Shown: positions 27,725 through 43,557, numbered from the stretch's first letter. The stretch is 64,000 bases of DNA from Eledone cirrhosa (GCA_964016885.1 OZ024758.1:5208001-5272000); one strand, 5' to 3'. A program made the numbers and translations. The notes: a model not told the origin generated them from the letters alone.

Positions 27725-28075
27725 TGTTAGCTTTGCTTACAGGGTCGATGAAATAAAGTACCAGTAATGCACTGGGGTCGATTTAATAGACTTTCCTCTC
27801 CCCCTCCCCCCCCCCCCCAATAACCAGCCCCAGCCTTGTGCCTATACTAGAAATCCTTATTTTTTGGCAGGATCGGTAGAGCGTGACGCCGTTTTGCAGC
27901 ATAAAGTTATGGCCCTTTACATTCTGAGTTCAAATCCCGCCGAGATTAACTTTTGCTTTTCATCCTTACGGGGTCTATAAAATAAAGCACCAGTAATGTA
28001 CTGGGGGGTCGATTTAATCCATGTTCCCCTCCTCCCCCAAATTACTGGCTTTGTGCCTATACTAGAAGTCATAAT
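27725..28075 (+). mobile_element. Two SINE A copies (partial plus near-full)
   Basis: The core motif occurs twice. Confidence 0.8.
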
Positions 28076-29721
28076 AGAAATAAATACAACTGTGTGAGTG
28101 TATATTTTAAGGTGTACAATGCCTCTATCATGATCTAACATGTTACTCCTACAATGAGGTTGATGACATAACTATAAAAGATTATACGCCATTCAATGCT
28201 TCCGTTACATGAAAATCCTTGTAATAACGAAAGACCTCCATCATAACATCACTGTAGGATATAATGTCAACAGATATTTACTAATTACTAATTCATTATC
28301 CTATTAAATCAAACATGAAATCTATTGTAAACAGTGTAATGAATCACGGAGATGTATTTATGTATTGAAGTTAGATCAATTGTATTTAATACAAGATCAA
28401 TAGAATGGAGAATTTTAATTAGAAATGTTGTAGATCACCATGCTGTTCAAACTTCCTGTTTTTCTATTCCAATTATACAATTATTCATCTGAGTCATATA
28501 AAATGTTGTTCGTCTAAATAATCTGAAAAATTGAAATCTCTCTGGAATTTGATATGGTTGTTGTTAACTATTAGATATGATCTTTAATAATATATAATTG
28601 ATATGCTAAAACAATAGCCGCTCCCTAAATGGCAGAATTCTCATGATATGTAATTTAGAGTGACTTAGTTATGTAAATATCATGATTAGCAGAGATGGGA
28701 GTGACAGAAAGAAAGGCGCTTGAAGGGATTGAATTTGTCAGTTTGGTTAATGGAGAACATTACGAATAGAGATAATGCTCTTTTCTTATTTGGTTTTGTA
28801 TCCGCCGAGGTTGGTGACCTTCAGATATTCTCATCTCAGAGAAACATAACTCCATCTCATAGTGTCAATTGTCCACTGCGAGGAAAGAGAACATTTCTCT
28901 TTCTATTTCCCCTTAGTGTATCCTTTACTTTAGTTTTCAAGTTAAAACAGAAATTGTATTTCTCTAACATATGAAACGAAATATTGGAAACATAACACTC
29001 ATACAGAATGAACATATAAGAAATCATTTTCAATGCCACTTTTATTGTCTAACATTCTGGTTTTCAATTTAAATCAGACAAATATATAAATCAATCATAT
29101 TTGTGTTTCCTATTCAACAATGCTTCAAGCAAGCAACAAAACTCTGTTATATATATATATATATATATAATCAAGGTTTACCTAATAAGACAAGACAAGA
29201 CAATTTCTATTTCCAGGCCAGGCCTGTCCTGTTTTCAGTCATTGGTTATATACTTAAATCACTTGTATTAATGATTCAACTTTTACAGTCTAAAACAAAT
29301 ATATTCAAGTCTTTATCTAATTGCTGTCCTTGTAACAATTACGCACTTCCCCTCATAATCAGACAATGAGATGTATTCAGAAAGTTTCGAGCATACTTTT
29401 ATTATAAATAAAACAGGAAATAGAATGTCTTTTTATTACAATTTTATCTGTGTGGAATTCTCCGATAATTTTACGTAATTATTTCAGCAATTCTCGATTG
29501 ATGGCAGCTGTTGTCTCTTGAGTTCTTATCATTTCACCCACTGAGAAGACATTTCTTTAAAGCCACCAATATATTAATATTCTATTCAGTTTAAATATTG
29601 AAGTAAATAATCAAATGGTGTAGAACTTGTTTCGTTTTAATCTTATTGTGTGACTCTTTATCGTCTTCTTTCAAATAAGTCCAATTATATCAGAATATTA
29701 GAATATATTTTATTTTTATTT

Positions 29722-29940
29722 GGGCGGTGGATTGGCAGTATCGGTACCGGGTCGGACGTCATGCTTTGCAGCATAGAGTTACGGCCCTATATGATCTGAG
29801 TTCAAATTCCGCCGAAGTTAACTTTGCCTTTCATGCATACGGGGTCGATAAAATAAAGTACCAGTAATGTACTAGTGTCGATTTAATCGACTTTCTCCTT
29901 TCCCAAAAATTGATGGCCTTGTGCCTATATAAGAAACCAT
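29722..29940 (+). mobile_element. SINE A, long form
   Basis: Matches the family consensus. Confidence 0.85.
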
Positions 29941-29984
29941 TTTTATTTGGTTAAACATACAGAAAGGACTATAAATGCCACAAA

Positions 29985-30201
29985 TGGTTTCTTATTTAGA
30001 CACAGGGCCAGCAATTGTGGGGGAGGGGAAAGTCGATTAAATCATCTCCAGTGCGTGACTGGTACTTTATTTTATGCATTCCGTAAGGATGAAAGGCAAA
30101 GTTAACCTCGGCGGGATTTGAACTCAGATTATAAAGAGCCGTAAATCTATGCTGCAAAGCATGGCGTTCGACCCTCTACCGATACTGTCAACCTACCGCC
30201 C
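29985..30201 (-). mobile_element. SINE A, long form, with ~17-bp TSD
   Basis: TATAAATGCCAYAAATG occurs at 29970-29986 and 30203-30219. Confidence 0.85.
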
Positions 30202-30604
30202 TTATAAATGCCATAAATGAGAGGGAAAGTGGGAGAAGAGCAAGAACTACTAGACAAAGCAAGAGGGTGACATACCCTACACTTAGGCCAGAGTGGTGTT
30301 TCGGCTGCACCCTACGGACAAAATGGGAAAGACATTTCCGCGAACAAAAATCGAAAAAAATAATCAAATGGAGTGGAACTTGTTTTGTTTTAGTAATTTT
30401 GTTATCTTTGTGTTGTGTTGTGTGACTTTTATCGTCTGCTTTTAAATAAGACCAATTATATTAAGATATGATTACAGTTTTATTTTCCTTTCAAATTTTT
30501 TTCTATCCTGAAAAATCTCTCAAATCAAAAACCTTAATAAAATGCATTTAGTTGTTTTACACAATGAAGTATCGATTAATATTTTGCAGTAGGTTTCAAT
30601 TTTC

Positions 30605-32180
<1,576 letters not shown>

Positions 32181-32384
32181 TGTTCACATGCGTTTGAATA
32201 TAACTTTTTAAAGAAAACCGCTTTCTCATACAAATTGGCTAAAATGCTTAATTGTAGAAGCAGCTGTTTTCTTTCAAATATATTCCATCTCCATTCTATT
32301 ATATTGTATAAGTATAGTTTAAATAATGCAGGTGTCATACTTCATCTATTCCACTCGAGAAGAAATCAGCTGTTGTAATGACCA

Positions 32385-32435
<51 letters not shown>

Positions 32436-32463
32436 CTATGTAATAAACAACATAAGATAATTA

Positions 32464-32524
32464 TTTCATTCACCAGTGGTTTCTTGAAAGCAAACAAAAT
32501 TTGCTTTCAGTCATCAGAATGAAA
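32464..32524 (-). ncRNA. Type I hammerhead motif with G at the cleavage position (probably inactive)
   Basis: Reverse complement TTTCATT-CTGATGA-C-TGAAAGCAAA ttttg TTTGCTTTCA-A-GAA-ACCA c TGGT-G-AATGAAA. Stem I is 7 bp and stem II is 10 bp. The island 32432-32630 is flanked by (TA)n on both sides. Confidence 0.68.
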
Positions 32525-32627
32525 AAATCCTGGTGTTGATTTTAAAAATCCTGACAGTTGATTTTAAAAACAAAAATATAATCTATATGAAAGTGAGGCT
32601 GGACCTTTCCGACGGAATTACTTCATT

Positions 32628-32662
<35 letters not shown>

Positions 32663-32703
32663 TATATATTAATAAATGGAAAGTATATTTATAAAACCAT
32701 ATT

Positions 32704-32769
32704 TATTTTATTATACATATTTCAAGGGCAACCAAGGCAAATTATGGTGCGCTTTCATCATATAAAATA
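32704..32769 (-). ncRNA. Degenerate type I hammerhead (C3->A)
   Basis: Reverse complement TATTTTAT-ATGATGA-AAGCGCACCA..TGGTTGCCCTT-GAA-ATATGTAT-A-ATAAAATA. The layout matches the 44.8 kb ribozyme, and the island is flanked by (TA)n. Confidence 0.55.
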
Positions 32770-32945
32770 CAGATTTGTTTTATAAATAAATAAATATTGA
32801 CATACCCGGAAAAAGAAATAAATATTGACATAAATAAATAAATAAATATTGACATACCCGGAAAAAAGACAACCTTAACGGTTGGAGCTTCCTGGATAAA
32901 AATGTTTAAGCTTGTTGAATCCCAACAAATTAAATATAACCTCTG

Positions 32946-32976
<31 letters not shown>

Positions 32977-33010
32977 TTAATTAGAAAGTGAACAACACAA
33001 AATATAACTA

Positions 33011-33078
33011 CTCCATTGCCAAAGGTTTCTGGTTTACAGACGATAATAATATATGTCTGGATCGGTCGTCAGACAGAG
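33011..33078 (-). ncRNA. Hammerhead motif, inverted copy of 33424-33493, U16.1->C (probably inactive)
   Basis: Reverse complement CTCTGT CTGACGA ... GAAACCTTTGGC A ATGGAG. Confidence 0.6.
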
Positions 33079-33423
33079 ATGTTATAGATAAAAGATATGA
33101 AAAGAAATTTAAAATCTGTTAAAAAATGTTAACAGATTTTAAAAAAATTTTAACAGATTTTAAAAAAATTTTAACAGATTTTAAAAAAATTTTAACAGAT
33201 TTTAAAAAAATGTTAACAGATTTTAAAAAAATGTTAACAGATTTTAAAAAAATGTTAACAGATTTTAAAAAATTTTTAACAGATTTAAAAAAAATTTTAA
33301 CAGATTTAAAAAAAATTTTAACAGATTTAAAAGAAATTTTAACAGATTTTAAAAAATTTTAACAGATTTAAAAATAATTTTAACAGATTTTAAATTTCAT
33401 TTCATATTTTTTACCCAAAACAC

Positions 33424-33493
33424 CTCTGTCTGACGACCGATCGAGACGTATATATTATTATCGTCTGTAATCCAGAAACCTTTGGTAATGGAG
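33424..33493 (+). ncRNA. Type I hammerhead ribozyme, catalytic core intact
   Basis: CTCTGT-CTGACGA-[stem II with AGACG/CGTCT, imperfect base]-GAA-ACC ttt GGT-A-ATGGAG. Stem I CTCTGT/ATGGAG has two G-U pairs. Confidence 0.72.
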
Positions 33494-34395
33494 TAGTTAT
33501 AATTTGTGTTGTTCACTTTCTAATTAAATAGCTCTGTTCTATACATAGAACACTCTTTTTTCTTTTGTTACAACCCAATATTTCATCAAAAACAAAATTC
33601 GTTAAATTAGAAACAATTTAAAAATCAATATTTTAATTACACAACTTCACTGGTAGATTACATTTTCTTCTTTTTCTTCTTTTTCTTCTTTTTCTTCTTT
33701 TTCTTTTTCTTCTTTTTTCTTATTTTTCTTCTGTTTATTCTTTTTCTTCTGTTTCTACTTTTTCTTCTTTTCTTCTTTTTTCCTTTTTTTTTCCTTTTTT
33801 TTCCTTTTTTTTCCTTTTTTTTTCCTTTTTTTTCCTTTTTTTTCTTTTTCTTCTTTTTCTTCTCTTGTCCTTTTTCTTCTTTTTCTTCTCTTGTTCTTCT
33901 CTATTCCTTTTTCTTCTTTTTCTTTTTTTTTTATCTTTTTGTTCTCTTATTTCTCTTATTTTCCTTTTTCCTTTTGTTCTTTTCCTTCTTTTTCGTTTTT
34001 CTTTTCTCCTCTTCTTGGATTACATGATGTTCCAATTCACTTGAGCTACTATAAGATATTTTGTTCACTTTCAGCATGTTATAGTTTTAAAGAAAACCTC
34101 TTGCGTAAATTGTAATTGGAACATAATTTAAATTATTCTCTAAAACTTAATTAGTTAATAGCTTCGTGACTATTAAGTGATTAAAGAATAACTAAATACC
34201 AGTCTTGGAATACATTTCTAATAGTTAAAAATATTGGAACTAACTATATCTGCAATATATTACAAGTAAAACATATTGATAATTTAGCTAGAAACTTAGG
34301 AAATTATTTAACCGAAGAAATTAGCAGAAATTTCATCTGTTTAATTAAGATTATTTATCTTCGTTAATTATTTTTATTAATTAATAGTTTATTTC

Positions 34396-34972
34396 CAGTC
34401 AGTACTAGCCACGCACTGGGGTCGATTTAATCGACTTTCCCCTCCCTCAAACTTGCTGGCCTTGTGCCTATATAAGAAGCCATTAATTGATAGTTTATTT
34501 TGTGGTTAAACATAGACAGAAAAAGAAAGCAGTATTGGAAAGTACTATAAATGCCATAAAGGAAAAGGAGGGAAAGAACAAGGATTACTAGAACAAAGGA
34601 AGAAAGAGGGAGGAGTGAGGGTGACAGGTTCTACAATGCAAATCACTTAGGCTCACGGTTATGGTTGAGCTCATTCTAATGGCGAGTCCAAAATCCATTT
34701 CGTCAAAGGATTCTTGTTAAATTAGTTTGGATCATTCCACTGATTGCCAAGTTATACAGGTTTATGATTTAGGCTCAAGGCCAACAATTTGGGGGAAGGG
34801 GTCGGGGTCGAGTAACTCGACTCCAGTTCATTACTGGTACTTTATTTTATCGACCCCCAAGGATGAAAGGCAAAACTAACCTCAGCGGGATTTGAACTCA
34901 GAATATAAAGGGAAGTAACCACATGCCACAAAACATGGTGTCCGACGCTCTACTAATTTTACTGCCAATCCA
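34396..34972. mobile_element. SINE A 3' fragment (+, 34396-34482) and full copy (-, 34765-34972)
   Basis: Both match the family consensus. Confidence 0.8.
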
Positions 34973-35374
34973 CGTATTTTATTTTTCTCTATCTATTGTG
35001 TACTTTCTTATTTAAGCCCTTCAGGTGGTTTTTCTGCTAGCATGTGTAGTGTATATATTGATATTATACACAAATATATATATATATACAGGTAGATATG
35101 ATACACCAAATAAAATCGTAGTTGACAATATCCACAGAAATTGAACGAAGACTGCGTTATACTCTCTTCAGTAATCAGTAAAGTAACCCATGATACATTT
35201 AATAAAGACTCTCTCTATTATCTGTGTATGTATGTATATATATATATATTTATATATAAAGAATTAATATATCTAGTAACATATATATACACACAGATAC
35301 ATACCAATGCTAGCAAATACATAGGTTTTGTCTTAGTAACTTTGTGGTTCAATGCATGGGGTTGCAGAACAATA

Positions 35375-35464
35375 ATGAGAGACGTAAAATAAGAAAATTA
35401 TAAAATTAACTTACTTACTAAAATTTTAGTAAGTAAGTTAATTTTATAATTTTCTTATTTTACG

Positions 35465-35472
<8 letters not shown>
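35375..35472. repeat. Perfect 98-bp loopless palindrome abutting (TA)n
   Basis: ATGAGAGACGTAAAATAAG...CTAAAA|TTTTAG...CTTATTTTACGTCTCTCAT, with the axis at 35423/35424. Confidence 0.9.
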
Positions 35473-35530
<58 letters not shown>

Positions 35531-36250
35531 CTAGCTAGAAAGTGAGAGTTTGCAGTGCTTAGACCGGAGATAGCACTGGTTGGTGAATTGAAGAAGCAAG
35601 AATCTAAGGATTAAATAGACTTCCTAACCATCTATATCAATAAAATACTTCTATAGAATAAATGAAAGAAACGATCTTGATAAATATCCTTTAATAATCT
35701 CAATTTTATATCTGAGATATTGAAAAGAACTTTCCCTACTTTTCTTGTTTGTTAATAAATAAGTCTGAATTTTATATTTTATATAAGTCTGTATCTGAGA
35801 TATCGATTACGGTTCCTGATTTGGTTAAAGGCATTGTAGACGTCTAAATATATGCGATTCATGAACATTGACTAACATTTCATATCTGCTACCGAAGGAC
35901 ATCCACTACAGAAAATATACCGACATTTTATTAGAAGGAAATATAAAGTTCTGTGTTCCTGTATTAAAGTTTCTTGGGTGAAGGATGAGAAAAAGTGTTG
36001 GACTAAATAACTTACAAAGTTTACTTATGAATAACTACGTGATGGGATTACATTCCACTTCTTGTTGTTGTATGATAGATGTGCAAGTGGTGGTATAGTG
36101 GTTTAGTGATGGTGTTGATGTTGTATTGGTGGTGGTAGTGGTGGTCGTCGTGGTAGTGGTGGTATAATTGTGTTGGTGGGGTAGTGGTGTGGTGGTACTG
36201 GTCATCTTCTTTACCCCTGCATCCCCCTCAGTATATAGTTTGGTTTTGTT

Positions 36251-36530
36251 ATTCTCTGTCTCTCTATGGTCAGTTAAGTACTAATAAGAGACTACTTCTC
36301 TGGGTATGTCTAAGACATATATTTTCTGTCATTCCATGGTCAGTTCATTACCAATAAGACACTGATTTTCTGGGGGTGTCTAAGATATATATTCACTGTC
36401 ATTCTATGGTCAGTTAAAAACTAACAAGACACAGCTTCTCTAGGGATGTCTAAGGCATATATTCTCTGTCATTGTGGTCAGTTAAGTACGAACAAAACAC
36501 TGCTTCTCTAAGGATGTCTAAGACATATAT
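36251..36530. repeat. 70-bp minisatellite x4
   Basis: ATTCTCTGTC..ATGGTCAGTTAAGTAC..ATGTCTAAGACATAT starts at 36251, 36321, 36391 and 36461. Confidence 0.85.
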
Positions 36531-36633
36531 TCGGAACTATATCCATACTTGGCAAAGTTCAGCCACACTTCACACCGAATATTCCTATGTTCCTATTCAA
36601 TTACGGAGTTGTCTTCTCCGATTTTCTTTACAG

Positions 36634-36672
36634 TTATCGCTAATGTTCAGTATTTTTCTTTCCATTACAGGT
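36634..36672 (+). other. Candidate 39-nt exon or composite splice site
   Basis: TTTTCTTTACAG acceptor and GTAAGT donor at 36673. A second strong acceptor ends at 36670. Confidence 0.25.
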
Positions 36673-37135
36673 GTAAGTTGAATTTACACAGTATTTTATC
36701 TTTTACTAAACTATAAGATATATATTGGCTTTCACTCATTCTAAACACAAATACAAAATCTACTGCAGAAAAAAATCACAAGACATTTAGAAAAATATCC
36801 TAAAAGTTATTTCCTTGTTTTTTAAAATAGTTTAACGCCAATCAAGAAATGCCGCTATATTTCACGTGCTATGTGAAATTGAAGTCGTGACAGAAACAAA
36901 CCAGGATAGGTTCAGTGGAAAGTATTTAAATATGTGTGTGTTTTTTATTTTTTCTGAATTCCGTTATAGTCACGTATGCTAAAGAGATTGGGTGCAGTTC
37001 TATGGTTAAACAGCATTGGTTTACTGCTCTTAATGAAACTGTCAGATCAGAACTTTTTAATCGAAGTTTCCAACCAGCTCAGAAATTTTTTCAATTTGTT
37101 TTTCGTGTGTTTATAAGGAGGGATTATATATATAA

Positions 37136-37181
<46 letters not shown>

Positions 37182-37439
37182 GTGTGTGTGTGTACTTGTG
37201 TATATATATATATATATATATGTATGTATATATATATGTGTGTGTGTAATTATATATATATAGTTTAATAAATAAACAGAACAAAAACAGAAAACGAAGA
37301 TGCAGTACAAATGATATTAGTATTAGTTTCGCGCTTGAGATTGGGGGGGGGGATATAATTATATATATATATAATTATATATAATTATATATATATAATT
37401 ATATATGTATATAATTATATATATATATATATATAATTA

Positions 37440-37477
<38 letters not shown>

Positions 37478-37493
37478 TATATGTATATATATG

Positions 37494-37531
<38 letters not shown>

Positions 37532-37607
37532 TAATTATATATATATATATATATAATTATATATATATATATATATAATTATATATATATATATATATAT
37601 AATTATA

Positions 37608-37800
37608 TAACGAAGGAAATGTGGTAAGGAACCAGGTGGACCATAACGCACCAAAGTACTCAATACTTGAGGTAGTAGAGTGGGTAATAGGAACCAGTAA
37701 GACCCCGACAGCTGAGCTCAAGCCGTTTCGACGGCTAATTCTGGACAGAATTAGCCGTCGAAACGGCTTGAGCTCAGCTGTCGGGGTCTTACTGGTTCCC
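37608..37800 (-). mobile_element. TA-embedded element with a perfect 53-bp-arm hairpin containing a hammerhead 3' half
   Basis: Arms are 37690-37742 and 37747-37799 with loop GGAC. They contain GAA-ACGGCT..AGCTGT-C-GGGGTC. Same family at 45277-45486 and 16377-16432. Confidence 0.65.
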
Positions 37801-37972
37801 ATATATAATTATATATATATATATATATATAATTATATATATATAATTATATATATATATATATATATAATTATATATATAATTATATATATAAAACAAT
37901 GATTATCACCAGTTATGCATGGAAAGAGCCTATATATATATGTATATATGTATATATATGTATATATGTATA

Positions 37973-38009
<37 letters not shown>

Positions 38010-38395
38010 GCCCCAGTTATTAGTAATCCTCTATATCTCTTTCTCACTCCGTATTCTTCTCTGAAAGAAATCTGCTGTATTCCATACAGTAGAGGAGATG
38101 GACTCCGACAGGTTTAAAAAAAAATTCCTATAAACACATTATGTCAATACGGCGTTTCTACAACTCCCTCCGGAGTTACGGGCTCAGGGTTACACCTAGG
38201 ATTCACAGATCTAATGCGTTCTTTCATTTGTAAAAGACCCAGGTATATTTTTGGTAAGGATTCGCCGCCATATTTCACTAACATTTGACAGTACCGTGGA
38301 AAAATCTACAATTTCAGATCATGACCTTTCCTTAAACATGTTCTCTTACATTATTCTCTGTTATATCATCAAGATATTAGCTGGCAAACTGATTA

Positions 38396-38447
<52 letters not shown>

Positions 38448-38689
38448 CGGGTGTGACCATAAATATCAAGTATCTAATTGAAGAGAAGACTAGAGTTTTA
38501 ATTAATGTTCGTTAATTTAGTTGTTTCCACTTTCACAGCTCTGGTGAACAGAATTAATAAGGTTTTGTAAATTAGAAGCTTGGATTGTAATAGCAATGGA
38601 TTAGACTTTGATTGAATAAACAGAAATGGAATACGGTGGTTACTTAGAGGCCAGGGTTTTCATATCGATAATTGGTACGAAATAATAAT

Positions 38690-39100
38690 GGTTTCTTATA
38701 TAGGCACAAGGCCAGCAATTTTGGGGGAAGGGGAAAGTCGATTAAATCGACCCCAGTGCGTGACTGGTACTTTATTTTATCGACCCCGTAAGGATGAAAG
38801 GCAAAGTTAACCTCGGCGGGATTTGAAATCAGACTGTAAAGCGGCGTAACTCTATGCAGCAAAGCATGGCGTCCGACCCTCTACCGATACTGCCAATCCA
38901 TAAGTATGTATCAGCTGTACTAGAGCGAGAAATAAAATTCTTAATAATTGTTTCTACTTTTGGCACAAGGCCAGAAATTACCCAGTGCATTACTGGTACT
39001 TTATTTTATTGACCCCGTAAGGATGAAAGGAAAAGTTTACCTTGGCGGGATTTGAACTCATACCGGAAAGGGGCGTAACTCTAGGCTGCAAAGCATGGTG
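38690..39100 (-). mobile_element. Two SINE A copies
   Basis: Copies at ~38690-38900 and ~38948-39100. Confidence 0.85.
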
Positions 39101-39409
39101 TAGAACCACTGTTCTACACTAACAATAACTGGTATCTACTGGAATATGTTTAGAAATAAATTAGAGAAGCTGTAAGTATCAGAATTACTTGGTTTGGTGG
39201 AATTAAATGAAGAGAAAGACGAGGAAACCTATGCACAGTCACTCAATTTGCTAGAAATAACAACCAAACATCGCTCAAATTACACAGCTGAGGAGGGAAA
39301 CGTGTTTGATGGTAGCTATATTTGTCGAATACATTCTAGGATCTACATTTCTTTACAATAAATACTCTATCATTCGCTATTTTTTTTATTTCATTTCGCT
39401 TCTTTCTTC

Positions 39410-39900
39410 GCCATCACCATCCTTACCACCATCACCATTACCACTATCATCACTACCATCACCACCACTACCACCACCACTACCACCACCACCACCATCA
39501 CTACCACCACCATCACCACCATCACCACCACCATCACCACCACCACCATCACCATCACTAGAACCATCACCATCACTACCACCATCACCATCACTACCAC
39601 CATCACCACCACCATCACCACCACCATCACCACCACCATCACCATCACTACCACCATCACCATCACTACCATCACCACCACAACCACCATCACGACCACC
39701 ATCACCACCACCACCATCATCACCACCACCATCACCACCACCACCATCATCACCACCACCATCATCACCACCACCACCATCACCACTACCACCATCACCA
39801 CCACAACCACCATCACCACCATCATCACCACCACCATCATCACCACCACCATCATCACCACCACCATCACCACTACCACCACCACCACCACCACCAACAA
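39410..39900. repeat. Degenerate (CCA/TCA)n microsatellite
   Basis: Read directly. Confidence 0.9.
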
Positions 39901-40189
39901 CAGTAAAATAAACAACTAATAGTGGAGTTCCATTCAATCAATCATATCTGCCCCTCCCTCCATTAAAAAAGATCACTATTGTGTTTTGTCAAAGCTATTC
40001 AATATATTCTGGGGCGGTGATATGTACTGCTGAGCTACTGTCAACCTCCCCCAAGACAATATCACACCACCTCTGTAATTACGATGGAAACCCAACAATA
40101 CATTATCTCGTGTATATATCCTCCAGCTAAAATCACATCACAATATATCATTAATTCCAATGGAAAGATATGACTATATAATAGATAAT

Positions 40190-40602
40190 TGTTTCTACTT
40201 TAGGCACAAGGCCAGCAATTACCCCCAGTGTATTACTGGTACTTTATTTTATCGACACCGTAAGGATGAAAGGCAAAGTTAACCTTGACGGGATTTTGAA
40301 CTCGGACCGTAAAGGGACGTAACTATGCTAGAAAGCATGGCGTCCAACCCGCTACCGATACTGCTAATTCACTGCCCTCAGATATGACTACATAATGATT
40401 TCTTAGAGGCACAAGGCCAGTAATTTTGGGAGAGGGGGAAAGTCGATTAAATCGACTCCAGTGCGTGATTGGTACTTCATTTTATCGACCCCGTAAGGAT
40501 GAAAGGCAAAGTTAACCTCGATGTGATTTGAACTCGGACCATAAAGGGTCGTAATTCTATGCTGCAAAGCATGGCGTCCGATCTTCTACCGATACGGCCA
40601 AT
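40190..40602 (-). mobile_element. Two SINE A copies
   Basis: Short form at ~40190-40378 and long form at ~40398-40602. Confidence 0.85.
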
Positions 40603-40623
40603 ACATTAGCATCTTTATTAATG

Positions 40624-40727
<104 letters not shown>

Positions 40728-41419
40728 GGTAAACAGAAATAACAACACAATCGGTACAGTATATGGAAGCAATAGTGTCCATAAGAGGAAGAGTGAATTA
40801 GGGTCGTGTGACTTTGTGATCAGATAATCAATTACATAAGAAAAGTAAATGAACTTCAAAGAAGTAACCGAACTTTTGTCTTCGAAATGAGTTCATCGCA
40901 AAGATTTCTATTTCTCTGCGGCGTTTGCTGTTTAATCTCCGACATAATGAACAATTTTACTTTAAAGCTGTTATCATTTTACACACCTAATTACTGCGAC
41001 CTTGAGATAATACTTTCGATTACTGATTAGAGTTGAATTATCTTTGTCTTGATTTTCGTTTCAAAGAAAAACAATATCAGGGATTATCGAACATAAGATT
41101 CCACTTTAACACTTTTCTCTTCGTTGTTTTTATCTGTGATGAAACATTGATGATAAACTGAAAAGTTGTGTTGATACAAGAAAGAATTTCATGTGCGACA
41201 GAACTTATTGGTTAACAGTGTTAAGAAATTAAATAAAACTATTATGCTAAATATATAAAAGAAGTCAAATTTACAAAGTATTAGCCCGCATTCTTTTGTA
41301 ACTAGCTATCGTCTGATTCTCCGCTACCACCACAGTGTTAAATCGCTATGTTATACTACTTTATTACCTTTTACCACACACACACACACAATATATTATA
41401 TATATATATATACATATAT

Positions 41420-41750
<331 letters not shown>

Positions 41751-42244
41751 TCTCTCTATATATATATATAGTGAACCTTTCTCCCTAAATATGTATGTAA
41801 AAACTAATTTTTTTCTCCATATTCTTATTATTCTTATTAATATGCGATTTAATTGCATTATACACTTCCGTCGTTGAAAATAGCATATAAAGCTGAAACC
41901 TGTACAATTAAATGCAGAAATCCCTATTTTGTAAATAAATGTTTTGATGTTATTCTGAGAAAAACATCCCTTTAGCATTTTCTACTGGTTTTTTTTTTTC
42001 CTTTTACTATTATATATATATATATATATATATTTATTAAAATAACATATATATATACATATATATATATATAAAACATATATATATATATATATATATA
42101 TAAACATATATTATAATAAATATTTGCTCTACGGTTCTTATATATTTGATATTTATTTATCCTTATCGAGCCCTCTTTGGATTTTAGTCTTCAAATTTAT
42201 TATTATTATTACTATATATATATAATAGTAAAAGGAAAAAAAAC

Positions 42245-43557
<1,313 letters not shown>

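Larger units (their letters stand above)
32974..33530. mobile_element. PLE-like foldback insertion: ~150-bp inverted arms around a 21-bp tandem array
   Basis: 32974-33125 is the near reverse complement of ~33378-33530. Each arm carries a hammerhead motif, and the left arm abuts (TA)n. Confidence 0.7.

Noticed and set aside
27133-27756. Poly-Pro/Gly ORFs resembling formin or extensin (also 39306-39937; poly-His at 50751-50972)
   Set aside because: They are trinucleotide microsatellites, open on both strands, with no flanking domain or splice support.
33126-33362. Heptad ORF (KKILTDF)n suggesting a coiled coil
   Set aside because: It is a by-product of the 21-bp array inside the foldback element.
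39280-39310. CTGAGGA-GG-GAAAC hammerhead-like string
   Set aside because: There is no stem II or stem I. Isolated CTGANGA hits at ~2481, 10428, 13158, 13991, 21884, 22334, 35165 and 51497 likewise lack a paired GAAA and stems.
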